Shown here: positions 1-11,250 of the stretch, piece after piece
Position numbering within the stretch: the stretch's first letter is position 1
How the letters are laid out: every line of letters starts with the position of its first letter
Assembly (NCBI GenBank): GCA_000004985.1
Contig: GG738897.1
Direction: 5' to 3' (one strand)
Origin: Naegleria gruberi
Lineage: Eukaryota
DNA length: 64,000 nucleotides
Program-made: the position numbers and the translations under genes
Notes under the pieces: generated by a model
The model's database searches: none
The model's input: only the letters and a program-made list of their open reading frames with translations
What the model was told of the DNA's origin: nothing

Positions 1-3
1 CTG

Positions 4-993
4 ATGAATGAATCATCATCATCGTCTTCTTCTACTACTGTACAGTCTACCAGTACTTCTACTCCTACTAGTAATTCCAATACTACTACTACCAACTGTA
101 ACAATACTTCTTCTTGTACATTTACTACTGCCAGTAATAGTCTAAATAACAACCTCACACGTGAACAATTGGAAAGATTTGTTAGTGGGAGACAATTCAT
201 TCAAGATAATCTCCGAGAGAGAAATATTCTCAGAGATTATGAAACAAACCGATTGGGATATCAAGTGAGTCATACACTGAGCTCGACAATTGAGAAAATA
301 CTTTGGAAGAAGAGACAGTCTAGTCTCTCCCAGAAATTAGAAAATAGGCCAAATATTGAACAATTGGAACAGAGAGGAATCATTCCATTCTTACATCACT
401 ATTATGATCAGACGGGTATGGATGCACCCACAGAAAATAGTGAAAAACCATCATCAAATAATTCATCAAAGGAGAATTCTCCAGTATCTTCTCCAAGATT
501 AGATCATCATCAGGATAGTTCGTTACACCTTTCTTCAAGCCATTCACCATCTTCTATACCCTATCTATATGATCATGAACAAACACTTTGTGGAATAGGA
601 ATAGGAAGAGAGGAAAAGGAACGAAAAAAGAGACACATTGAGAGTTTTCTTGTTAGAAGACCATCGAAAAAAGATCTTGTGGACCTTTTTACAAGGAAAG
701 GCAATGCTAGTCCAACAGGTCTTTTAGGAAATCATGATCAAGAAAATCCCACTCTAATCTATGATGTGACAGCTTCCAACAATAATCTTTCAACATTTGA
801 TCCTATGAGTATACTGTTAGAACCTCATGTTCTACAAATTCATAATCAATTAGAAAGTATTTATAACCAACGAGGTGATATATCTTCTAATTCATCTTCT
901 TCTGATAATCTCAATGAACAAGAAGATGAATCCAACAAGATTGAATCCGATGAAACTAATATCACAATACCTGATGAAACACAACAGAATTAA
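4..993 (+). CDS. RPEL-repeat (actin-monomer-binding, Phactr/MRTF-like) low-complexity protein; first ATG is 4 bp from the window edge, so upstream exons cannot be excluded
   Basis: 329-aa ORF with an S/T/N-rich N-terminus. 'LSQKLENRPNIEQLEQRGII' fits the RPEL consensus LxxKLxxRPxxxELxxxxIL. A weaker second copy is 'FLVRRPSKKDLVDLFTRKG'. Confidence 0.45.
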   Translation: MNESSSSSSSTTVQSTSTSTPTSNSNTTTTNCNNTSSCTFTTASNSLNNNLTREQLERFVSGRQFIQDNLRERNILRDYETNRLGYQVSHTLSSTIEKILWKKRQSSLSQKLENRPNIEQLEQRGIIPFLHHYYDQTGMDAPTENSEKPSSNNSSKENSPVSSPRLDHHQDSSLHLSSSHSPSSIPYLYDHEQTLCGIGIGREEKERKKRHIESFLVRRPSKKDLVDLFTRKGNASPTGLLGNHDQENPTLIYDVTASNNNLSTFDPMSILLEPHVLQIHNQLESIYNQRGDISSNSSSSDNLNEQEDESNKIESDETNITIPDETQQN

Positions 994-1331
994 CTTGATT
1001 CAGTACAAGAATGTCAAACCATTCTGTACAATTTTCTCCACTAACCTATATTTCCCATTCCTCTTTCTGCAATCTTTTATTATTACCTTAAATTATTAAC
1101 CTTAATCTGAGTTTCTATCTGTGTTCCAATGTGACACAATATCCGTGCCTCATCCAGATAGCTATCCATAAGCCACATTACAATAAAAAATCATTATCAT
1201 TAATCCAAAAACAATACTTTTTATCATCCCTTTCATCAGAACTTTGAGAATTACTTCATCATCAAAACAAATAAATTCTTCATTGATCGGAAAGTCTTCT
1301 CAAATTATCTTTTAAAAATAACTAAGAAAAA

Positions 1332-2060
1332 ATGCCATCAATTCCAAAAACTGAAATTCATTTAAACGTCTATGATTTAGTGGACAATAATAATTTGTAT
1401 GTTTACGGACTGGGGATATATCACAGTGGTTTGCAAATTGGAGGGACTGAATATACATTCGGAAGAGAAGGAGCTTTTGAACATGAACCAAAGAAGGCTC
1501 CTGCTGTGCCTTTACGTGATAGTATTTTCTTGGCAACAATTGAACTTCCTCGTGATAGAATTGTTTCGATCGTTGATGAAGTATCAAAGGAATTCAATAC
1601 ACAAAAATACCATTTATTGAATAGAAATTGTAATCACTATGCTAAAGCACTTTATGAAAGAATTATTGATAGATGTGGAAGAATTGCAAAGGAAAAGTCA
1701 ACTCCAATACCAGGTTATGTCAATAGAATGGCTTGGTTAGGATCTAAATTCAGATGTTTAATTCCACCTGACATTATAAATACTGCTGTTCCTAGCTCAG
1801 CTGAAGGCACTGAGACTGCAGACGAGGCTTCATCAACTGGAGCAGGAAGTAAGTTTTCTGCTTTCCAAGGATCGGGAAGATCTCTATCTGCAAGAGAAGA
1901 GCCAAAGAAGAGCAGTAGTGGAGGGTTGTTCAATTCCATGTTTTCAAAAGATCAAAGCCAGGATATTGAAATTCCAGCATACTATGAAGATTCTGCAGAA
2001 AGTAGAAGAGAAAGAATGTTGAAAGCTGCTGAAAAGAGAATGTCTTCCAAGACTGACTAA
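1332..2060 (+). CDS. PPPDE/DeSI-1 family (DUF862) cysteine isopeptidase
   Basis: ATG at 1332. The N-terminal 'IHLNVYDL...GLGIYHSGLQIGGTEYTFG...FEHEP...LLNRNCNHYA' block has the His/Cys dyad spacing of PPPDE peptidases. The C-terminus is Ser-rich. Confidence 0.75.
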   Translation: MPSIPKTEIHLNVYDLVDNNNLYVYGLGIYHSGLQIGGTEYTFGREGAFEHEPKKAPAVPLRDSIFLATIELPRDRIVSIVDEVSKEFNTQKYHLLNRNCNHYAKALYERIIDRCGRIAKEKSTPIPGYVNRMAWLGSKFRCLIPPDIINTAVPSSAEGTETADEASSTGAGSKFSAFQGSGRSLSAREEPKKSSSGGLFNSMFSKDQSQDIEIPAYYEDSAESRRERMLKAAEKRMSSKTD

Positions 2061-2100
2061 TATTGAAATAATTGTAAATTTTTGTAAATAATTAAATGAT

Positions 2101-3462
2101 TTAATGTTGCGTATGAATTACAATGTCAAGAATTAGTCTGTTATTTTCACTGGAATAATCCGATGCCTTCAAGAGGTGAGCAAACATTTTGGAAGACAAA
2201 CCTCCTCCATAATCACAAATACAAAATATTCCTTTAGGTTGCAGAACAACTTTGACCATATTCTTGTAAAAGTCTGATTTTCTATACTGAGGATAAAGTC
2301 CCTTATTAAATTCACTGAATGGCATCAATGTTTCTAGAGATAGTTCAGTATTATCAAATGGATTACTACCATAATAACTGGAACCATCAAGATAAATCTT
2401 CTCTGGATTTTCTTCGTATCTATGTAGGAAGAAATCTCTTGTAAATTGTTGTTCAAATACTTTTTCATCTTTGTGATGTCTTATAGCCTTCTTTTTTTTG
2501 TCTTCTTTTGTTGCAACAAAATCAAAGGTTTTAGCTCCAAAAAAATAGTATCTGAGCTTTCCTTCGAATCCTACCTTGGACTGATAAAGTACACTGTTGC
2601 TTCCAGAGAAGATATTGCTGATATTTGAGAATAGAACACCAAAAGGTTGATTGTAAGTGTGTGTGGCATCAGAAGTTAATTGATTTGAAGAGTTACTTCC
2701 TCCGACAGCAACTGTACCATCTTTGAGGAGAGCTAGCACATGAAAATCTCCACATTCAAGTTTTGTAACTGGTTTTTTTAAATCTTGAATTAGTGTTGGC
2801 CATTGGAAATAACCATCAACATGTGTTTGACCTCCTGAAAGCCAATTTTGACCAGTAAAATGTAAGAGTGTATCATTAATTACACAACAACTAAATGAAT
2901 AACAACATCCAATATGATTAATCACGTAAGGAAATCCGACATTTGGCATTTCTCTTCTTGGTTCAAACATTAACTCAATGGTGTTGCAAGAATAATCATT
3001 GGTTTTATCGTGTGTCATACGAAAGTATCCATTATGACCTCTTCCATAAATAAAACTTTCACCAGATATCTTGTCTCTCACAAGGAAAAGCACAGCTTCA
3101 GTATAACTGGAAATTTGCAATACTTCCAAATCTTCATTATCATCGATAATCAATCTTTTTGGTGTATCACTACCATTCACAATTTCAAATAATTTTCCAT
3201 CTCCACTAACAATATATAAACAATCCATGTTGGAGTAAGCATGCACCAGTCTAATATTATCAATTTTTTCATCACTATTTAATTTAATTCTTATCGGAGC
3301 TTTACTTGAATGATTACCATATACCGATTGAAATACAATTTCTGTTCCGCAATTAATAGATGGTAAATATGGCAAATCAGTCGAGTCATAACCACAAGGA
3401 TTATTAGAACCAACGAGAGGGAGTGTATAGTGAGAAGACATTTTTTTTGCTTTGATCATCAT
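2101..3462 (-). CDS. RCC1-like beta-propeller repeat protein (hypothetical)
   Basis: 453-aa uninterrupted ORF. 'CGDFHVLALLKDGTVAVGGSNSSNQL' matches the RCC1 repeat core (H..AL..DG.V...G.N..GQL). There are further Gly/aromatic-rich propeller-like segments. The start could instead be the second Met at 3441. Confidence 0.35.
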   Translation of the reverse strand: MMIKAKKMSSHYTLPLVGSNNPCGYDSTDLPYLPSINCGTEIVFQSVYGNHSSKAPIRIKLNSDEKIDNIRLVHAYSNMDCLYIVSGDGKLFEIVNGSDTPKRLIIDDNEDLEVLQISSYTEAVLFLVRDKISGESFIYGRGHNGYFRMTHDKTNDYSCNTIELMFEPRREMPNVGFPYVINHIGCCYSFSCCVINDTLLHFTGQNWLSGGQTHVDGYFQWPTLIQDLKKPVTKLECGDFHVLALLKDGTVAVGGSNSSNQLTSDATHTYNQPFGVLFSNISNIFSGSNSVLYQSKVGFEGKLRYYFFGAKTFDFVATKEDKKKKAIRHHKDEKVFEQQFTRDFFLHRYEENPEKIYLDGSSYYGSNPFDNTELSLETLMPFSEFNKGLYPQYRKSDFYKNMVKVVLQPKGIFCICDYGGGLSSKMFAHLLKASDYSSENNRLILDIVIHTQH

Positions 3463-3628
3463 AATAAAAATAGATTGTAAAACAAGTTCATCTTTCGAAT
3501 ACGAGTGAAAAACATTGGGAAATTGAGGAAGTGAATAATTATTTATTCTGATTGTAATATTCCCTATGTTTCTTCAGAAAAACCCTATTGAAATTTTGAT
3601 TATATAATACTCTATTAAATGATGATGA

Positions 3629-5087
3629 TTATTGACTGACAAGGTCGATGATTCTGTCCATTGTTTTCTTAATGCAAGGTGAATAGCTGTGGAATAATGG
3701 ATAACCATGAACATGACCATCCTCAGCAATGACAGTAACATTTGGATGTTGAGATTGTAAGAGAGAGGCAAATTGCTTATTTTCAAAAGTTACTTCTTCA
3801 TGATTACTGTAGACGATAAGCATCTTGGTGTCTTTGAAGGTTGAAATGACAGATGAATCAAAACGAATTGGAACCAATGAATCTGGAATATTTGGATATA
3901 ATTCTTCCATGATGTCAATATTATTTGGAGCTGCAATGACAGAATTTTCAATATCAAAGTGTTCTCTAAAACTCTTGACAGTAGTATCGAAGAATCCTGA
4001 TAATGTGACAGCCATGTAAGGTTGCTTTTCAATGCCGAGCTCAGCACCAATCTTGGCTAATAAATTTGCAACAACAGCTCCACCAAATGAATCACCCATG
4101 AAAACAATATCCTTTGGATCATACTTTTCAATAAGCCACTTGTAAGCATCCATACAATCTTGTAATTGTTCCTCAAAGCTTGAAGCAAATTTGGACTTAT
4201 TCTTTCTTTCTTCCTCATCCAATCCCATCAAACGATAGGCAACAGAGAAGATTGTGTGAATTGAATGATCATCTCTACCATTCAAATACTCAACCATTGA
4301 ACTAACTTGAAGACCATCACAACAATTACCAAAACCACCTCCACCATGAATATAGAACTAATCAAAGAAGGTTGTTAACAAATCAACGTTTACACATAAA
4401 AACAACATACCAAAACTTTCTTCTTATCAGGTGAATCTTTCAATTTAGCCAAAACTGAATTTCTCAAAGATGGAATTCTCTCCAATTTCAAAGTATTTCT
4501 ACTAGAAATTGGTGGGAATAGAATTTGATGTTGCATAGCCTTTCTCAATCCATACTTATCCAACAAGTGTTGTCCACTCTTGGCACTTGAAAAGGCAACA
4601 AGACTTGAAAGGGTTTGAGCCTCAATATCCAAATTAACATGAGAAGGACGAATGTAAGATCCCACATACAATAAACTTTCATTAATCTTTTTCTTTTCCT
4701 CTGCTGTACAGACTGTCATTCCAATCAACTTGTTTTTCCATACAAAGCATTGAAGAACAGATCGGAATATCATGGTAGGTGTTGATAACTTTCTAATCAT
4801 ATTGAAACAATCTTATTCTAGATGAAAACTTACCTACTATAATACAATGTTACTAAGAACAAAGATAATGATGATCCGATAAGGGAGAGTTTCAATGGTG
4901 AGGAATTCTTGAGTTGACTCTCAATCAAATCTACCAAATATTGATAACAATTCTCAGCACCACTTCCGATTGCTGATAAAGTAGTACAAGCAGCAGAAGA
5001 TGCTGATGACCATGACGCACAACCACTTGACAATTCTGCTGCAGAAGCAGTTGGTGATGAGCTATTACTAACAACTTGTTGAGACAT
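3629..5087 (-). CDS. Alpha/beta-hydrolase fold-3 esterase/lipase (AADAC-like). Exons: complement 3629..4357, 4411..4792, and a possible in-frame 5' exon 4834..5087; alternatively translation starts at ATG 4800
   Basis: A 53-bp intron (4358..4410, GTATGT...TTAG) splices '...DSPDKKKVL' onto 'FYIHGGGGFGNCCDG', the HGGG oxyanion motif. A GDSFGG nucleophile-elbow variant lies downstream. The upstream ORF 4830..5087 ends exactly at a GTAAGT donor (4833..4828). It joins in frame through a 41-bp intron (4793..4833) and adds an S/A-rich N-terminus with a hydrophobic anchor 'LSLIGSSLSLFLVTLYY'. Confidence 0.7.
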
Positions 5088-5263
5088 TTTTTTTTGGGTT
5101 TGAAAATCGCCATTGCGAAAGCACCATTTTTATTTTATTTTGTGCTATCCAATTCAAATATCAGATTTATTAATGGTGCGTTTTCGATTCAATCAATTTA
5201 TGATTCTGAAGAATTGATTGGAATAAGGTTAATCATGATTGACCGTTGTAAAATGTGAGTGGA

Positions 5264-7447
5264 TTATTGTAAGAAACAATAACTTTTGGAATTCGTTTCA
5301 TAGCCAATGTTAGGGTTTTCAATTTTGTAAACAATGTCTTTCTTTGAATGAGGGAGAATGAGTTTTGGAGCTGATTTTCCTTGTGATCTAATGTTTAGTT
5401 TTGCAAGTTCAATTTCTTCCTTGATGAATTCTCCACTATCCAAAAACAATAGTATCATACTAGGCATGGATTCTACAAACTGTTTCAATACAAAATTTTC
5501 AAAATGTTCTATTGGTTTCTCAGGTTTTCCTGAAAGATAAATCATTTCCAAGTTTTTGAAATATTGCACTTTTTTAAACGTCTCAATTGTTGGACCACTA
5601 TTTCCCAAGTTAACTTGAATCTTTTTTAACAGTTGTGGGTTAAGTAAGTCCAGTAATTTGATAAAATCATCGTTAGGTATTGTGCAATCTGGTAGTGATA
5701 AAGTGGTTATTTTGCTCAAGTATGGTTGTTGTAACAGGAATGAGCTAGTAATATTCTTTCCATTGAAAGAAAAATCAATACCATATTCTAAAGAAACAGG
5801 ACTGAAAGAGTTGAAAAACTTTACAATAATATCATCAGTGAATTCTGCTCCTGTGACTTTAAACACTGAAAGTGATGAAGCCTTACTAAAAAGTGAGAGA
5901 AGACTATTCTGACCAATTGAGTAAGTATTTTCTAAAATTACAGAATGTAAATAAGGTAAATTTTTCTTAAGAATGTTTGAAAATACTATTGGATACCTTT
6001 CGCTACAAGTACTGATATGAATATATCGTAGTTGTGAGTCTATCTCCTGATTCTCAAATTCTAACATTGAATCGTCTAGTGTTCCTCTCACCTTAACATT
6101 ATCCATCGTAAGGATCTTTAGATTAGGAGAATTATCAATTATATGATTAAGTAAATAGACTGATATTCTGGATTTTTTGATATCCAACTGTTCTATTGAC
6201 GTGTGAATATTTTTAAAATCATATCTCATGTTGTTAGTTTCAACATTAAACAAATGCAAATCTTTCAAAGAGGTACAAGCTGCCAAATTTTCATAAAACC
6301 CATTTAGATTGATCTGTGATCTTGAGATTGTATATTTGGATGTATCAACAATTGGTAAATTAGTAATATCTTGCGAACAGTTGAAGAAACTTTGACATTT
6401 AGGTACATCAATTTTGTTAAGGGCAGTGGTCATATTCATTGAAACAGTTTGAAGAGGATGATTCGGCAAAAAAACTAAATTCATATCTGGACTCATGAGA
6501 TGGTTAGAATATATTTTCAATTTAGGGAATACAGGTCTTGTCTTGTTTTCTGTTAATTGATTGATAACCCTGAAATTATCAAAATTAAATGATGTATCAA
6601 ATCGAAGAATTTCCAAATTACTGTTGCATATTATTTCCATTAACTCATCAGTGATTTCAAAGTCGTCTTCTCTCATAGTTGAATAGGAACGATAATTTTC
6701 GTTGGAAAATCCATTGATGAACAAGTTAAATTCTCGAAGTGATGGGCAGTTTTTCAATATTTCTTTAAATGAATATCCCAACACTGAGGTATAGACACAC
6801 AACGTCAATACCTTCAATCCGCTACAGAGCTGGGTATTGCCAATAATATTTTTAACATCCATAGCATTCTTTGCACATAGTCCATTACAAACAATTAATG
6901 GTTTCTGAATGAGCGTTTGGAAATAATTACCATCCCCAACATCCAATTCTTTACCAAATGATAATCTAGATATTGACTTGAGAGATGAATTAATTTCGTT
7001 TTTAACCCAATTATAATGTTTAGGAGAAACTATCAGCTCTGGGATGTTGAATTTTGAAATGAATTTTGATAGCTTTACAAACTCCTTAGAACCAAGAGTT
7101 GTAAAATTAATTAAATTAATTCTATCCATTTCAACTTCTTGTTCCGTCATCAAGGAATCAATATAATTGCCCAATAAATTTGCAGGATAAATTTCCTTTC
7201 TATCTTCTGAATTACTAGAATACCAATTAGCGCCAGGAGTTCCCTCAATAATAATTTCATCATATCTAAATCCCATCAATAAAATCTGCATGGTAATTGT
7301 TCTCAAATTCTTACTACAACAAATAACATTTACCAACGATCTCGGATCACAATAACTCATTATACAAAATAACATCTCTCTCGGAAGATCATCCAATGAT
7401 TGGCAAAGTAGTGCATCATCCTCTCTATCGTTCTCATTTTGCGCCAT
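5264..7447 (-). CDS. F-box / leucine-rich-repeat (RNI-like) protein
   Basis: 727-aa ORF with ATG at 7447. The N-terminal 'LPREMLFCIMSYCDPRSLVNVICCSKNLR' is an F-box. The body shows LRR-like L/N/I periodicity. Confidence 0.65.
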   Translation of the reverse strand: MAQNENDREDDALLCQSLDDLPREMLFCIMSYCDPRSLVNVICCSKNLRTITMQILLMGFRYDEIIIEGTPGANWYSSNSEDRKEIYPANLLGNYIDSLMTEQEVEMDRINLINFTTLGSKEFVKLSKFISKFNIPELIVSPKHYNWVKNEINSSLKSISRLSFGKELDVGDGNYFQTLIQKPLIVCNGLCAKNAMDVKNIIGNTQLCSGLKVLTLCVYTSVLGYSFKEILKNCPSLREFNLFINGFSNENYRSYSTMREDDFEITDELMEIICNSNLEILRFDTSFNFDNFRVINQLTENKTRPVFPKLKIYSNHLMSPDMNLVFLPNHPLQTVSMNMTTALNKIDVPKCQSFFNCSQDITNLPIVDTSKYTISRSQINLNGFYENLAACTSLKDLHLFNVETNNMRYDFKNIHTSIEQLDIKKSRISVYLLNHIIDNSPNLKILTMDNVKVRGTLDDSMLEFENQEIDSQLRYIHISTCSERYPIVFSNILKKNLPYLHSVILENTYSIGQNSLLSLFSKASSLSVFKVTGAEFTDDIIVKFFNSFSPVSLEYGIDFSFNGKNITSSFLLQQPYLSKITTLSLPDCTIPNDDFIKLLDLLNPQLLKKIQVNLGNSGPTIETFKKVQYFKNLEMIYLSGKPEKPIEHFENFVLKQFVESMPSMILLFLDSGEFIKEEIELAKLNIRSQGKSAPKLILPHSKKDIVYKIENPNIGYETNSKSYCFLQ

Positions 7448-7593
7448 TTTTTTTTGTTTTAATTTTACAAGTTCATTTCAAACGAACACTTGGAAGTAAA
7501 TTGGAAATCTTAAATCAGTGGTAGATGCATTATTAAGGTTTCGTCTATACTGAAATAGATCATTGTGTATTTTTCTAGAGTTTAAAACAAAGT

Positions 7594-9543
7594 TTAATGG
7601 AAATAATTGAAAATGCACTTGATGGATTCCTCTCTTAGCATTCTTCTTAAATTGTATTCCTTACTCAATTCCTCATTTGCATGTTCCTCACTTTCGTCTT
7701 TAGATTCCAATAATTGAAGTGAATCTTTTCCAAAATATTCCAAGTCTTCTTTTCTGTTTAATTCCAACAGTTCTGATTCACTCAAAGTTTGATAATCAAT
7801 TTCATTTTCTTTCCATTCATTTGTTTGAGAAATATTCGAATGTGTATGATTGAAGAATAATGAGCCATGCCCATACCAATTCTTTAAATAGAGTTTCTCT
7901 GAGAGCGTTCGTTCCTCTCCATAAAGTTCTGAATGAACTCTAATGGAAACCTTTAATAATTCATCCTCTAGGGAACCTTCCAATATTTTGCTTTCGTCCA
8001 AAGTTTCAATTTCTGAATCGTCAATAAAATCTTCATCCTTTTTTGCACCATCTTTCTCCTCAGCGATATTAGATTCCTTATTGATAATAATAAATTCATC
8101 ATTCTCCTCATCTGAATTTTCATTTTCTGTATATTCTAATAGGAATTCCATTTCATTATCAGAAACTTCCTCATCGTCCACATCACTAGGGACATCTGAT
8201 TCAGGTCTTGATCTTTTATTCTCAATGACATAATAAAATTTAGAATTATCCAACGCATCCATAATTTCTATATCCGAAACTTTCAATTCTTCATCCTCTT
8301 CCAAGTCTCCTCCAATTTCTGCATTACTTCTTAAAAAATGCTCATAATCCATTGGGTGTTCAGTGTATGGAATAGGAACATCCTTATTGTCTCCATACTT
8401 GTTCTCCACAACTATTTTCAATAAATTTCGAAGATATTCCTGTAAGAGAAAGAGTGCATTTTCAATCATAATTGGTTCAAAATAAATGATTCCTCTTTTT
8501 CTAAATAGATTCTTGATACCATCTCGAATAGAATGATACATAAAAGTGTCATCTAAATGAACGCAAATTTCAAACTTTCGAAATTCACTGCATTGATAAG
8601 TTTCTAATAAAATTGAAGTCTGCTCGTCATTGGAAACTGCCGATTTCTGTACATCATTAATATATGAATCAATTTGTCTTTGATCATTCTTAATTTTATC
8701 ATAGAAAAGTAAGAAATCTTCATCTAATTTCAAATTATGCACTTGTTCATCTGTCAACTTTAAATATTTCTGAACTAGTCCTTTATATTCTTCAGAATAA
8801 ATAGTATCTTGTGAAAGATAGAATTGCTCATCAATTGAACCTTCACAAAGTGGAATACCAAATGGAATTCTCTTGTCAATAATCTCATTTTCATCTTCCA
8901 TTTCAATTGTCTCATCATTTTCTATAATTTCATCTTCTTCTACTGTCGCTTCAACTTCATTCTCTTCATCATCTTCATCTTTGTGAAAATAAATTGGTTT
9001 AACTCCAAAACGAAAATTTCCAGATTTGAATTCTTCTAGATTAGTGGCGTAGGTATCAAAATCTACATGAGATACTTGCTCCCAATCAGTTTCATTTAAA
9101 AATATGGTTGGCTTCCAAGTAGAAAGATCAGTAAATAGATCTGGATGCCTTGTGTGAATAGTTTCGAATTTTCTAATCTTATCAAATATCCCATGCATGT
9201 GTAAATTGGTTTCGTAAATATATTTGGTTGCATCACGAAATATGGAAAGCAGCATGGATGTTAAATCTTTACAGAGGAATAACAATTCGAAACTTTCGTC
9301 CACTTCTAGAAACCTCATAACATGAAACCAACAATCGGAAATTTTAACAAGATCACACGATTTGTTTTTGATATTCGAATGTTGAATAGTTGAGTTGAAA
9401 TCAAATTGTCGTTCAACATTTTCTATTTCTTCATCACAAGATGATTGTGAATCATCCGATTCGTTATCTAAAGTAGCCGAAACAATCAGAAACTTGCTTG
9501 GGCGCAAATATTCACTATTTAGCAGCGGAAGTGTTCTCTTCAT
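7594..9543 (-). CDS. Acidic (D/E-rich) protein with an N-terminal F-box-like motif
   Basis: 649-aa ORF. 'ISDCWFHVMRFLEVDESFELLFLCKDL' resembles an F-box. Long D/E-rich stretches cause spurious antisense ORFs. Confidence 0.4.
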   Translation of the reverse strand: MKRTLPLLNSEYLRPSKFLIVSATLDNESDDSQSSCDEEIENVERQFDFNSTIQHSNIKNKSCDLVKISDCWFHVMRFLEVDESFELLFLCKDLTSMLLSIFRDATKYIYETNLHMHGIFDKIRKFETIHTRHPDLFTDLSTWKPTIFLNETDWEQVSHVDFDTYATNLEEFKSGNFRFGVKPIYFHKDEDDEENEVEATVEEDEIIENDETIEMEDENEIIDKRIPFGIPLCEGSIDEQFYLSQDTIYSEEYKGLVQKYLKLTDEQVHNLKLDEDFLLFYDKIKNDQRQIDSYINDVQKSAVSNDEQTSILLETYQCSEFRKFEICVHLDDTFMYHSIRDGIKNLFRKRGIIYFEPIMIENALFLLQEYLRNLLKIVVENKYGDNKDVPIPYTEHPMDYEHFLRSNAEIGGDLEEDEELKVSDIEIMDALDNSKFYYVIENKRSRPESDVPSDVDDEEVSDNEMEFLLEYTENENSDEENDEFIIINKESNIAEEKDGAKKDEDFIDDSEIETLDESKILEGSLEDELLKVSIRVHSELYGEERTLSEKLYLKNWYGHGSLFFNHTHSNISQTNEWKENEIDYQTLSESELLELNRKEDLEYFGKDSLQLLESKDESEEHANEELSKEYNLRRMLREESIKCIFNYFH

Positions 9544-9890
9544 TTTTTCTGAAAAAGTAATTGTAAATCTTCCCTATTTTACTGGAAAAACTGAGGTAAA
9601 CAGTGTTTCATACTTTTGTAACTGTTGCATCGTGTTCAATATTGTAAATAAATTTTATGATAAATTAAGGTTGGCAGTTTCCGTAGAGCTCCATTGCCAA
9701 AATATCCACTGCCTCTTTCATATTTGCACAAGATAGGCAAATTTAAAGAAGCGTAATTTGTCAATGATGGTTAAGGATTTGAATTGGTGAATTTCCAAAT
9801 TTCTCCTTAATTATTGGAGAGGGTCTCAAGTTTTGACATTTTTTAAATTAAATATTTTAATTGTTTTAATTCAAAATTATTAATTAAAAA

Positions 9891-11210
9891 ATGCAACCAC
9901 TAGATCATACCCTCTCACTCACAGGCTTTGCAATTTTAATTGTATTATTGGTGATTGTGTGGATTTTGGTGAGAAAAAGGGTTCGGAATTATTGCAATAA
10001 TCATCCAAGTAGAAAGGAATTTAAAGTTTATTTGCCATTTTGTAGTGATGAATTGGCATTAATTATTTCATTTCTTGAAAAATCAGACATCGGAAATCTT
10101 TCTCTTGTTTGTAGAGAGGCTAAACAAGCTACTTATTCAAGTACAGTTTGGAATGAGTTATGTGGAACTGTTTCTCTTCGGAGAGTTGAAGGATTGTTGA
10201 ATTTGGAGAGATATGAAGGGAAAATTAAAAATTTGAAATTAATTACTGATCAAGATGAGTATTTTGATGATGATTTTATTTGTAGGATATTCGAAAGATT
10301 GAATGAAAGGTTTCAAATAAGAAAGATGACTATCGAAGTTTCTACATTGGAATTATTCAAGTTTAATTTATTGAATCATTTGGATTGCTTAGAATGTTTG
10401 GAACATTTGAAAATATTGGATAATTCTACAATTTCTATTTTGTTTAATAATTCTTTGATGCCAATTAGATTACCCAAGAAATTGGAATCTATCAAAGTAA
10501 GAGGATTTAGTAGAGTTGCAAATAGAAGTTATGTGTTTGACACTATTTTTATACAAACAGAAAATATCAAAATTGTAAAATTTGAGAACAATCAAGGTTT
10601 TAATGAAATCAAGTTTCAATCACCAAAGGTTGATTTGAAACACTTGACCTCTATTTCACTCTCTTGGACAAGCAATATTTCAACTGAGTATTTCAATAAT
10701 TTAATGGGGAAGTGTAAAAATCTCAAAAAATTGGATCTATCAGGATCTACTTTTGTGGCAAATAATTTGAATATCCCAACCACTATTGAAGTATTGGACA
10801 TTTCCTCCTGCTTGTTTGATGACACAACTCTAACAATGATAGCGTGCCTACCATATTTGAAATTTGTTAACCTTTCATCAACACTCATACCTTTAGATAT
10901 CTTGATACTTTATTGCCAAGTTGGACGATGTGTTATTTGTCAAATTGGAAGTAAGGAAGAGTTGCAAATTCTAAAATCCAACAAACATATTCGTTTATCA
11001 CGCATTTCTCCTCTAGATTTTGATTCCAAAATCAAAGAAATTAAGAAGTCCACCTCAGTAGAATCCAACATTTGTAAAATGTACTATCAACAAGTATTTA
11101 CCGATCCTATTGAGCCTCCAAAGCTAACTCTAAAACCAACAAAACTCTACAAGGCAAAACTAGTCAAATTTTCAGCCTCCAAAGACATTGAAATTGATAA
11201 TGGAAATTAA
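9891..11210 (+). CDS. Membrane-anchored F-box / LRR protein
   Basis: ATG at 9891. N-terminal hydrophobic segment 'FAILIVLLVIVWILV'. F-box 'LPFCSDELALIISFLEKSDIGNLSLVCREAKQ'. LRR-like repeats follow. Codon usage shifts in the 3' third. Confidence 0.6.
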   Translation: MQPLDHTLSLTGFAILIVLLVIVWILVRKRVRNYCNNHPSRKEFKVYLPFCSDELALIISFLEKSDIGNLSLVCREAKQATYSSTVWNELCGTVSLRRVEGLLNLERYEGKIKNLKLITDQDEYFDDDFICRIFERLNERFQIRKMTIEVSTLELFKFNLLNHLDCLECLEHLKILDNSTISILFNNSLMPIRLPKKLESIKVRGFSRVANRSYVFDTIFIQTENIKIVKFENNQGFNEIKFQSPKVDLKHLTSISLSWTSNISTEYFNNLMGKCKNLKKLDLSGSTFVANNLNIPTTIEVLDISSCLFDDTTLTMIACLPYLKFVNLSSTLIPLDILILYCQVGRCVICQIGSKEELQILKSNKHIRLSRISPLDFDSKIKEIKKSTSVESNICKMYYQQVFTDPIEPPKLTLKPTKLYKAKLVKFSASKDIEIDNGN

Positions 11211-11250
11211 GGCAGAAGAGATTTAATTACTTCGGATTGAGGTGGTAAAT

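Noticed and set aside
875-1099. 74-aa ORF overlapping the 3' end of the first gene
   Set aside because: It is an alternative frame across the stop of the 4..993 ORF, hydrophobic by AT-rich composition, with no support.
7943-8233. Plus-strand 96-aa ORF inside the acidic F-box-like gene
   Set aside because: It is the antisense of a GA[AT]-rich D/E-coding tract and is Ser-rich by mirror composition. It is an artefact.
10616-10888. 90-aa antisense ORF within the F-box/LRR gene 9891..11210
   Set aside because: It is fully contained in a longer sense CDS with a clear domain structure.
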